Positions 15,732 to 23,039 of a stretch of DNA of 24,738 nucleotides are shown piece after piece. Source of the stretch: an uncultured Candidatus Saccharibacteria bacterium (GTDB lineage Bacteria > Patescibacteriota > Minisyncoccia > Minisyncoccales > Minisyncoccaceae). Location: contig CAZDVN010000003.1 in the NCBI GenBank assembly GCA_964508955.1, positions 1 to 24,738 on the forward strand. Direction: 5' to 3'. The stretch's first letter is position 1. Each line of letters begins with the position of its first letter. A program made the translations under genes and the position numbers. The notes under the pieces were generated by a model. It ran no database searches. It saw only the letters and a program-made list of their open reading frames with translations, and was not told the DNA's origin.

Positions 15732-17201
15732 TTAAATTAATTTTTTAAGAATATTGCTTGCTAGCTGAGGATCAATCTTTCCTTTTGATTTTGCCATAAC
15801 TTGCCCTATCAAGAATGAAAAACTATTATCCTTGCCACTTTTATAATCTTCAACTGCTTTCAAATTTTCAGATAGAACTTCTTTGATTATTCTTTCTATT
15901 TCTGAATCATCATTTATTTGAGATAAACCTTTTTCTTTTAAGATTTGAGAAGGGTCTCCCTGAGTTTTATACATTTCAAGAAGAAGAACTTTAGCGATGT
16001 TACTCGAAATTTCTCCATGTTCAATCATGCATATAAGTTCTGCAAAATTTTCTGGTCTTATTGTTTTTTCTATTTTCGATAGATCAGACCCTGAATCATT
16101 TTTAATAATTGAGCGAAGATCTGTTACAATATAATTAGAGCAAACCTTAACTGAGTCAGAGTGATCTCTTTTACAATTTTGATGATTTTTCCAACATTCT
16201 AATTCCGAAACAATTTTTTCAAAATAATGAGCAAGCATAGGTTCTTTTATATAAAACTCTATACTTTTTTCATCCAGTTCATATTCTTTTTTAAATCTTT
16301 TTCTTTTTTGTTCTGGTAATTCCACTAATTTTGTTTTTATTTTTTCAATTTCTTCATTAGATATGTTTAAGGGAGGCAAATCTGGATCAGGAAAATATCT
16401 ATATTCAAAAGCATCTTCCTTGCTTCTTTGTTCCATCGTAACTTGTCTATCATCATGCCAACCTCTCGTTTCTTGCTTTATTGGAATTTTCTTTTCAATT
16501 AAATCTTTTTGTCTTTTTATTTCATACTCAATAGATTTTTCTACTGCCTTAAAAGAATTAAGATTTTTTATCTCAACTTTAGTCCCTAGTTCACTTGTTT
16601 CACTAAGAGAAATATTAACTTCACATCTCATTTGACCTTTTTCCATATCTGCGTCAGAAATATCAGCATATCTTAAAATTAACTGTAATTCTTGAGCAAA
16701 TTTCTTTGCTTCTTCAGCTGAATTAATATCAGGCTCAGTGACAAGCTCCATCAATGGAACCCCCGAACGATTAAAATCAACCAAACTAACGCCTTTTTTA
16801 TCATGATTTAATCTTCCAGTGTCTTCTTCCATGTGAATTCTATTTATTCTAATTCTCTTTCTTGTTCCATCCTTTAAAGCAATGTCCAAATGTCCATCTT
16901 TGCATATTGGAAAATCAAATTGGGTTATTTGATATCCCCTTGGCAAGTCAGGGTAAAAATAACTTTTCCTATCAAACCTTGAATAATTTTTTATCGTACA
17001 ATCCAATGCAAGACCAGCCAAAATTATCTTTTCAATAGCTCCCTTGTTGATAACAGGCAATGTTCCTGGATGAGATAAACAAATAGGACAAACATTAGTA
17101 TTTGGTTTTTTTTCTTCTGGATCATTAGCGCAAGAACAAAACATTTTAGAAAGAGTTTTCGATTCAAAATGTATCTCAAGTCCAATCGTTGGTTTCAACA
17201 T
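15732..17201 (-). CDS. gatB: Asp/Glu-tRNA amidotransferase subunit B
   Basis: IGLEIH, CPICLSHPGTLP, RKSYFYPDLP, HMEEDTG, DFNRSGVPLMELV, EVNIS, YRYFPDPDL, GQVM. Confidence 0.98.
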   Translation of the reverse strand: MLKPTIGLEIHFESKTLSKMFCSCANDPEEKKPNTNVCPICLSHPGTLPVINKGAIEKIILAGLALDCTIKNYSRFDRKSYFYPDLPRGYQITQFDFPICKDGHLDIALKDGTRKRIRINRIHMEEDTGRLNHDKKGVSLVDFNRSGVPLMELVTEPDINSAEEAKKFAQELQLILRYADISDADMEKGQMRCEVNISLSETSELGTKVEIKNLNSFKAVEKSIEYEIKRQKDLIEKKIPIKQETRGWHDDRQVTMEQRSKEDAFEYRYFPDPDLPPLNISNEEIEKIKTKLVELPEQKRKRFKKEYELDEKSIEFYIKEPMLAHYFEKIVSELECWKNHQNCKRDHSDSVKVCSNYIVTDLRSIIKNDSGSDLSKIEKTIRPENFAELICMIEHGEISSNIAKVLLLEMYKTQGDPSQILKEKGLSQINDDSEIERIIKEVLSENLKAVEDYKSGKDNSFSFLIGQVMAKSKGKIDPQLASNILKKLI

Positions 17202-17202
17202 A

Positions 17203-17856
17203 TTATTTATTTAATTCTTTCATAATTAGAACGCCATTTGAAGACCCAACTATATCTGCTCCATATTTTATCATCAACTTAATATCTTTTAGTGTTTTAA
17301 TATTTCCCGATGCTTTGATTAATAATCCTGGAGCATTTTCTCTCATAATTTTTAAATGGTTTCCTTTTTCTTTTAATTCTCTATTTTCTAAAGGATCTTG
17401 ACCTGTCGCTGTTTTAACGCAAAAAGCACCAGCTTTTTTAACTACTTGAGAGGCTTTAGCTATTCCACTGTCAGTTAAAAATCCACTTCCTATTATAACT
17501 TTTGTATTTTGTAATTTACAAATTTCTTTCAAGTCTTTTTCAACCTTAGACCATCTTTCGTGAATTACATCTGGAATATTAATTACAATATCTATATCAT
17601 CTGCTCCATCCTTAATTGCTTTTTTGGTAATTTCAAGCCTTTCTTCATGGGAACTATCTCCTAGTGGATCATCAACCAAAATAACTGTTTTTATTCCTGT
17701 CCCAGATAATTCCTTGCTTACTAATTTTGTCCATTTTGGTCTGACGCAAACCCCTCTAAAATTAAACTTTTTAGCCTCATTACATGTTTTAATAATATCT
17801 TCCTTTTTAGATTCTTTTCTAATGTTTGTATGATCTATGTATTGATTTATGTTCAT
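17203..17856 (-). CDS. deoC: Deoxyribose-phosphate aldolase-like protein (divergent DeoC)
   Basis: IDHT, VCV.P, GADDIDIVIN, Schiff-base KTATG, KASG. Several consensus positions are altered (see findings). Confidence 0.85.
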   Translation of the reverse strand: MNINQYIDHTNIRKESKKEDIIKTCNEAKKFNFRGVCVRPKWTKLVSKELSGTGIKTVILVDDPLGDSSHEERLEITKKAIKDGADDIDIVINIPDVIHERWSKVEKDLKEICKLQNTKVIIGSGFLTDSGIAKASQVVKKAGAFCVKTATGQDPLENRELKEKGNHLKIMRENAPGLLIKASGNIKTLKDIKLMIKYGADIVGSSNGVLIMKELNK

Positions 17857-18476
17857 AATAATTTATTTACTATTTTTATTAAATCTTTTGATGTTTCTTC
17901 TATTGGTCTCTCTCCATCAACAGTAGTCCATTTACAAAAAATATTATTCCTAGACATCTCCTCATAGTTTTCATAAAGAGAGTATAAAAACTTTTTGTCT
18001 TTTTCATGCCTATCCATGTCCTTAATCCCTTTTTGTTTCATTTTTCTCTCAAAAGATGTTTCTGGTGATATTTTGATATATATAGTTAAGTCAGGTTTCC
18101 TTAAATCAAAAATATTGGCCAATTGAAGCATTTTTTCAAGAGGAAAACCTTTTATTTTTTGGTAAATTATTGTTGTTGTAAAATATCTATCCGATACAAT
18201 TACTTTACCATTTTTTAAATAATTTTCCAACACTTCTTTGTCTTTTATGAAGTCTGCAAAATAAAGTAAAGTTTGTGCCTCTGGATTAAAATCATATTCT
18301 TTACTATACAACCAATTGTTTATTAATTCCCCTATTGGAAATCCATATTCTGGATATTTTTTAGTAATTACATTAATCCCCTTTTTATTTAAAAAATCAG
18401 ACAAAATCTTTGTCTGAGTACCTTTTCCACAGCCTTCAATTCCTTCAATTACAATAAATTTTCCTTCTTTTTTCAT
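17853..18476 (-). CDS. tmk: Thymidylate kinase
   Basis: FIVIEGIEGCGKGTQ P-loop, SDRY..T..YQ, PDLTIYI. Confidence 0.93.
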   Translation of the reverse strand: MKKEGKFIVIEGIEGCGKGTQTKILSDFLNKKGINVITKKYPEYGFPIGELINNWLYSKEYDFNPEAQTLLYFADFIKDKEVLENYLKNGKVIVSDRYFTTTIIYQKIKGFPLEKMLQLANIFDLRKPDLTIYIKISPETSFERKMKQKGIKDMDRHEKDKKFLYSLYENYEEMSRNNIFCKWTTVDGERPIEETSKDLIKIVNKLL

Positions 18477-19039
18477 TTATTTTCAAGTTTACTTTCTTGA
18501 GGATGTTTAGAATTAACATATTTAGCATTTTTCTTTTTATGATATGGATTTGTTGTTGGAGAAGATAGTGATTCAAAAACTAATTGACAAATTCTTGTTT
18601 TAAAATAAAGTAAAACAGGAATCATACCTATATTTTCCATTTCTAAAACAATCTTTCCTTTAAATCCTGGATCAATGTGTCCTGCCGTAGAATGTATAAC
18701 GATTCCTAATCTTCCCAAGGAAGATCTTCCATCAATTCTTGCCGCAATATCATCAGGTAAAAATATTTCTTCCATCGTTACCCCTAAGACAAATTCTCCT
18801 GGATGAAAAACAAATGGCTCATCATCTCCTATTTTAACAATTCTAGTCATTCCCTTGAAGCTCTCTGAATCCCTAGTATCAATAAATGGTTTTTTAGTAT
18901 GTTCAAAAACAGCAAATTCATCTCCTAGCCTTAAATCTAAAGAAGCAGAACCAAGCTGTTCTTCAAAATTAGGGCTCGGATTTACTTGTATCCTATTCTC
19001 TTCAATTTGTTTTTTAATATCTTTGTCTGATAAAATCAT
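18473..19039 (-). CDS. dcd: dCTP deaminase (possibly the dUMP-forming bifunctional type)
   Basis: MILSDKDI, ASLDLRLG, GRSSLGRLG, HSTAGHIDPGFKG, LEMEN, RICQL. Confidence 0.95.
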   Translation of the reverse strand: MILSDKDIKKQIEENRIQVNPSPNFEEQLGSASLDLRLGDEFAVFEHTKKPFIDTRDSESFKGMTRIVKIGDDEPFVFHPGEFVLGVTMEEIFLPDDIAARIDGRSSLGRLGIVIHSTAGHIDPGFKGKIVLEMENIGMIPVLLYFKTRICQLVFESLSSPTTNPYHKKKNAKYVNSKHPQESKLENK

Positions 19040-19041
19040 GT

Positions 19042-19467
19042 CTAGTCAACAACATCTATTCCCAATGACCTTGCTGTTCCTTCTAAAGTTTTTATTGCCT
19101 GTTCTTCATTTTTGGTATTCATGTCAGGCAATTTTTGTTTAAGAATTTCTTTAAGTTGTCCTTTTGTTATTTTGCCAACTTTTTTTGTGTTTGGAGTCCC
19201 TGATCCTTTCTCTAATCCAATAGCTGCTTTAATAAGTTGTGGAGCAGGAGGTTGCTTAGTAATCATACTGTAACTTCTATCTTCATAAACAGTAATTTCA
19301 ACCGGTATTTTAAAGTTTCCCTTATCCTTTGTCATGTCATTAAATTTTTGACAAAATTCAGCAATATTAACTCCATGAGGAGCAATTGCTGGGCCAACTG
19401 GAGGAGCGGGTGTTGCTTTTCCTGCTTTTATGTGTAGTCTTATAATAGTTTTAATTTTTTTTGCCAT
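19042..19467 (-). CDS. rplK: 50S ribosomal protein uL11
   Basis: AGKATPAPPVGPA, FCQKFN, PVEITVYEDRS, GTARSLGI. Confidence 0.98.
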   Translation of the reverse strand: MAKKIKTIIRLHIKAGKATPAPPVGPAIAPHGVNIAEFCQKFNDMTKDKGNFKIPVEITVYEDRSYSMITKQPPAPQLIKAAIGLEKGSGTPNTKKVGKITKGQLKEILKQKLPDMNTKNEEQAIKTLEGTARSLGIDVVD

Positions 19468-19471
19468 AATC

Positions 19472-20017
19472 TTATATCTTTTTTATTTGTAAAGAATCTA
19501 GCTCTAATGGAGTATCTCTACCAAACATATTAATTAATATTTTAACCTTACCTTTTTCTTTATCAATTCCAAAAACTTTTCCATCAGACTCCTTGAATGG
19601 ACCATCAATTATTTTAACTGCATCATCTACCTCAAAATCAATTTTATATTTAGGTTCTTCAACTTCTATTCTTTTTTTAAGTGAGGTTATTTCCTCTAAT
19701 GATACGGGTAATGGTATAGTTCCTGATCCTACAAAACCTGTTACATTGGGAGTATTCCTAACCACATACCAAGAATCATCTGTAACAACCATTTCAACTA
19801 AAACATAACCGGGATATATTTTCTCTTCTACTACTTTCTTTTTTCCATTCCTAATTTTTATTTTTTTTTCTTTGGGAACCATAACATTGAAAATTTTGTC
19901 TTCCATGCTCAAAGACTCAATTCTTTGAATTAAGCTTTTCGCTACAGCATCTTCATACCCAGAATAAGTATGTAAAACATACCATCTTCTTTCGTTTGTA
20001 ATTTGTTGTTTTGACAT
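19472..20017 (-). CDS. nusG: Transcription termination/antitermination factor NusG
   Basis: WYVLHTYSGYE, YPGYVLVEM, VRNTPNVTGFVG, KOW GPF, MFGRDTPLEL. Confidence 0.98.
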   Translation of the reverse strand: MSKQQITNERRWYVLHTYSGYEDAVAKSLIQRIESLSMEDKIFNVMVPKEKKIKIRNGKKKVVEEKIYPGYVLVEMVVTDDSWYVVRNTPNVTGFVGSGTIPLPVSLEEITSLKKRIEVEEPKYKIDFEVDDAVKIIDGPFKESDGKVFGIDKEKGKVKILINMFGRDTPLELDSLQIKKI

Positions 20018-20020
20018 ATT

Positions 20021-20212
20021 TTAAATTATAAATTGCTCCATTAAATACCTATAAAACAAATCAAAAGAACCAAGAATCATAGCTACAACAATACAAATTA
20101 CAATTATTGTGATTGTATATTTTACAGTTTCTTGACGAGTAGGCCAAGTAATTTTTTTCATTTCAGCCATTGAACCTTTTAAAATGGCTAACAATTTAGG
20201 TTGATATTTCAT
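20021..20212 (-). CDS. secE: Preprotein translocase subunit SecE
   Basis: EMKKITWPTRQE motif plus one TM helix; directly upstream of nusG. Confidence 0.94.
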   Translation of the reverse strand: MKYQPKLLAILKGSMAEMKKITWPTRQETVKYTITIIVICIVVAMILGSFDLFYRYLMEQFII

Positions 20213-20220
20213 ACAGTGTT

Positions 20221-20249
20221 AGATTATCAAAAAGGCACGCAAATGTCAA
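20221..20249 (-). promoter_or_regulatory. Putative sigma70 promoter for the secE operon (near-leaderless)
   Basis: TTGACA (20244-20249), 17 nt, TGa-TAATCT (20221-20226); 8 nt from the -10 to the ATG. Confidence 0.65.
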
Positions 20250-20254
20250 TTTAA

Positions 20255-22171
20255 TTATATGTCTAGATTCTTAACGTTTTTAGCTGAAGCTTGAATGAAT
20301 TTTTTTCTTGGAGCTACTTCTTTTCCCATTAAAGTATCAAAAGTTCTGTCGGCTTCAACTGCATCTTCAATATTAACCCTCAAAAGAAGTCTTTTTTCTG
20401 GATCCATTGTTGTTTCCCATAATTGTTCAGGATTCATTTCTCCTAAACCTTTGTATCTTTGAATACTAAATTTAGCGTTATCTTTTAAGCTTTCCAAAAA
20501 TTCTTGTTTTTGCTCTTCAGAATAAACATACTTTATTGTTTTTCCTGATTGAATCTTGTATAAAGGCGGTTGAGCTAAATATAGACAACCCTTATCTATA
20601 ATAGGTTTAAAGTGTCTAAAGAACAAAGTTATAAGAAGAGTTTTAATATGATTTCCATCTGAATCAGCATCACACATAATAATAATTCTATGATATCTTA
20701 GCTTTTCTAAATCAAAATCATCTGCAACAGCTGTTCCAAGAGCGATAATTAAATTTTTAACTTCTTCAGATGTTAACATTTTGTCTAGCCTCACTCTTTC
20801 AACGTTTAAGATTTTTCCTTTTAAGGGTAATATCGCTTGGTTTTTTCTGTTTCTTGCTTGCCTTGATGATCCTCCAGCTGACTCTCCTTCAACTATATAT
20901 AATTCTGATTCTTCTGGTTTTCTTGATGTGCAATCTGATAATTTTCCTGGCAAAGACAAACCATCTAAAACGCCCTTTCTTAAGATGGTTTCCTTTGCAG
21001 CCCTAGCAGCTTTTCTTGCTTTATATGATAAAACTGCCTTTTCAATAATAATTTTTGTATCTTGAGGATACCTTTCTAGGTAATCTTGAAGGGCTTCTGA
21101 GACTACTGCTTCTACTGCTGTTCTTGCTTCAGTGTTTCCTAATTTACCTTTAGTTTGTCCTTCAAATTGAGGGTCTTTTATCTTTACCGAAACAACGGCT
21201 GTTAATCCTTCTCTAATGTCATCTCCTGTTAAGTTAGGCTCTGCTTCTTTGATAAAGCCTCCTTTTCTTCCAAAATCATTAACTAACCTTGTTAGTGCTG
21301 TTCTAAATCCTGTTAAATGAGTTCCTCCCTCTATGGTAAAAATATTGTTTGTAAAACTGTCTTCTTTTATTTCGTAGTCATCAGAGTATTGAAAAGATGC
21401 CTCAACGCTAACTCCTTCTTTTTCTCCAGAACAATAAAAAGGATTATTATGAATAGTTTTTGTTTCTTTGTTCAAATATTTTAGATAAGAAACTATTCCC
21501 CCCTCAAAGAAAAAATGATACTCAAAGGGTTCTTCTGGATTTCTTTGGTCATAAAAATCTATCCTTATTCCCTTTGTTAAATATGCTTGTTGACGAAAAT
21601 GTGAAAGAAGTTTTTTTCTGTCAAAGAAAATTTCTTTAAATATTTCTGGATCAGGCTCAAAAATAATAGTTGTTCCTCCTTGTTTACATTCACCTATTTT
21701 CTTAACTGGACAAACTGGCTTTCCTTGTTTATATTCCTGAGCATATATTTTTTTATCTTTACAAACCTCAACTCTCATATTCTTGGAAAGAGCACAAACA
21801 ACTGAAACCCCTACACCATGAAGACCTCCTGATATTTTATAAGCATCTCCACCAAACTTACCACCTGCATGCAAAGTGGTCATAATTGTTTCTAGGGCAG
21901 ATTTCTTAGTTTTCTCATGGATGTCAACAGGGATACCTCTTCCATTATCAACGACTTTAACTTGATTGCCAGGCAGAAGATATACTTCTATTTTATCACA
22001 AAAACCACCCAAAGCTTCATCTAGGGAATTATCAACTACTTCGTAGACTAAATGATGTAAGCCTTGTGGACCAGTTGATCCAATGTACATACCAGGTCTT
22101 TTTCTAACTGGATCTAGACCCTCTAAAACGAAAATGTCTTTTGCACTATATGAACTATTTTCTTTTTTCAT
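20255..22171 (-). CDS. gyrB: DNA gyrase subunit B
   Basis: VRKRPGMYIG, EVVDNSLDE, DNGRGIP, GGLHGVG, PGKLSDC, LPLKGKILNV, DADSDG, QRYKGLGEMN, C-terminal NVKNLDI. ParE is not fully excluded without a tree. Confidence 0.93.
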   Translation of the reverse strand: MKKENSSYSAKDIFVLEGLDPVRKRPGMYIGSTGPQGLHHLVYEVVDNSLDEALGGFCDKIEVYLLPGNQVKVVDNGRGIPVDIHEKTKKSALETIMTTLHAGGKFGGDAYKISGGLHGVGVSVVCALSKNMRVEVCKDKKIYAQEYKQGKPVCPVKKIGECKQGGTTIIFEPDPEIFKEIFFDRKKLLSHFRQQAYLTKGIRIDFYDQRNPEEPFEYHFFFEGGIVSYLKYLNKETKTIHNNPFYCSGEKEGVSVEASFQYSDDYEIKEDSFTNNIFTIEGGTHLTGFRTALTRLVNDFGRKGGFIKEAEPNLTGDDIREGLTAVVSVKIKDPQFEGQTKGKLGNTEARTAVEAVVSEALQDYLERYPQDTKIIIEKAVLSYKARKAARAAKETILRKGVLDGLSLPGKLSDCTSRKPEESELYIVEGESAGGSSRQARNRKNQAILPLKGKILNVERVRLDKMLTSEEVKNLIIALGTAVADDFDLEKLRYHRIIIMCDADSDGNHIKTLLITLFFRHFKPIIDKGCLYLAQPPLYKIQSGKTIKYVYSEEQKQEFLESLKDNAKFSIQRYKGLGEMNPEQLWETTMDPEKRLLLRVNIEDAVEADRTFDTLMGKEVAPRKKFIQASAKNVKNLDI

Positions 22172-22199
22172 AACTGAAAATCTTTTATTTATATAAGTA

Positions 22200-22228
22200 A
22201 TTTTACTCTAAAAACAACAGAAAAGCAA
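22200..22228 (-). promoter_or_regulatory. Putative promoter for gyrB
   Basis: TTGCTT (22223-22228), 17 nt, TAAAAT (22200-22205). Confidence 0.5.
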
Positions 22229-22259
22229 ATAAAAAAAGGCGTACTTTTGAGCCAATATG

Positions 22260-22333
22260 CGGACCCGACCGGACTCGAACCGGCAGTCTCCTCCGTGACA
22301 GGGAGGCGCGATAACCAATTTCGCTACGGATCC
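22260..22333 (-). tRNA. tRNA-Asp (GTC)
   Basis: GGATCCG/CGGGTCC acceptor, G73, anticodon arm CCTCC-CTGTCAC-GGAGG, T-loop TTCGAGT. Confidence 0.96.
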
Positions 22334-22339
22334 ATAATG

Positions 22340-22411
22340 TGCCAAAGATGGGAATCGAACCCATGACAACTCGCTTATGAAACGAGCGCTCTACCACTGA
22401 GCTACTCTGGC
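22340..22411 (-). tRNA. tRNA with CAT anticodon, non-initiator (elongator Met or Ile2)
   Basis: GCCAGAG/CTTTGGC fully paired acceptor, anticodon arm CTCGT-TTCATAA-GCGAG, T-loop TTCGATT. Confidence 0.9.
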
Positions 22412-22430
22412 GCCACATTATGAAAAAATG

Positions 22431-22501
22431 TTGCGGTTCCTGGAATTGCACCAGGGTCTCCAGCTTATGAGACTGGCGAGGTACTACTCCTCCAAACCGC
22501 T
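22431..22501 (-). tRNA. tRNA-Met (CAT), initiator-like but atypical
   Basis: AGCGGTT/AACCGCA acceptor with A1xA72 mismatch, A11:U24 pair, anticodon arm CCAGT-CTCATAA-GCTGG, T-loop TGCAATT. Confidence 0.88.
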
Positions 22502-22511
22502 ATATAAAACT

Positions 22512-22539
22512 ATTCTATCAAAAAATGAAATAAAATCAA
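22512..22539 (-). promoter_or_regulatory. Putative promoter for the tRNA(CAT)-tRNA(CAT)-tRNA-Asp cluster
   Basis: TTGATT (22534-22539), 16 nt, TGa-TAGAAT (22512-22517), 10 nt upstream of the first tRNA. Confidence 0.6.
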
Positions 22540-23039
22540 GTTATAATTTTTAATCTTCTCAACGCTTCTTCACATGAATCAAAAAACTTTTGAAGTTCTT
22601 CTATGTTGGCAACATAATTATGATTTGTTCTGGCTTCTTCTGAAAGGAGAGAAATCTTTTTTATTCCTTCTATGTCTGAAATGGGAGAATTACTAATCAT
22701 CTCCAAAATATCATCTCCTTTAATTTCTAAATTATTTAAAATATCTAAAAATAATTCCTCCATCATTATTATAGCCCTTCTATAATCTTTTTTATCTAAA
22801 AAAGAAGAAATTGATTTAGATCTTTTAGTAAAAGATTTTTCTTCTTTAACCTTGTTGGGATCTAAGAAATTACCAAGTCTTTCTTTGGAGTCTTTAATTA
22901 AAAATCCTGCCTTAACAATATAATAAAAAATAGCAAACAAAAAGAAAAGAGTTACTATTATAAACAAAAGCTTGAAAGGAAAAAGAAAGCTATAGAGCTC
23001 ACTTGATTCTAAAAAAGTTAAAACATTATTTGGCATCAT
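22536..23039 (-). CDS. Hypothetical single-pass membrane protein with a helical C-terminal domain
   Basis: Hydrophobic stretch FLFPFKLLFIIVTLFFLFAIFYYIV followed by a charged helical region. ATG at 23039/23036 overlaps the gatA stop; the ORF-track start at 23051 is a TTG. Confidence 0.7.
   Translation of the reverse strand: MMPNNVLTFLESSELYSFLFPFKLLFIIVTLFFLFAIFYYIVKAGFLIKDSKERLGNFLDPNKVKEEKSFTKRSKSISSFLDKKDYRRAIIMMEELFLDILNNLEIKGDDILEMISNSPISDIEGIKKISLLSEEARTNHNYVANIEELQKFFDSCEEALRRLKIIT

Noticed and set aside
624-21065. Many 60-135 aa ORFs antisense or out of frame within trmD, rnc, rnhB, dnaE, thrS, miaBA, the ATPase, gatB, deoC, dcd, rplK, nusG and gyrB
   Set aside because: All are nested in well-supported genes, have Ser/Ile/Phe-rich antisense composition and show no recognisable motifs.
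22231-22253. GGC-N10-GCC followed by T7 after tRNA-Asp
   Set aside because: A 3-bp stem is too weak for a confident terminator call.
22203-22451. 82-aa ORF on the minus strand
   Set aside because: It runs through two tRNA genes; a shadow ORF.
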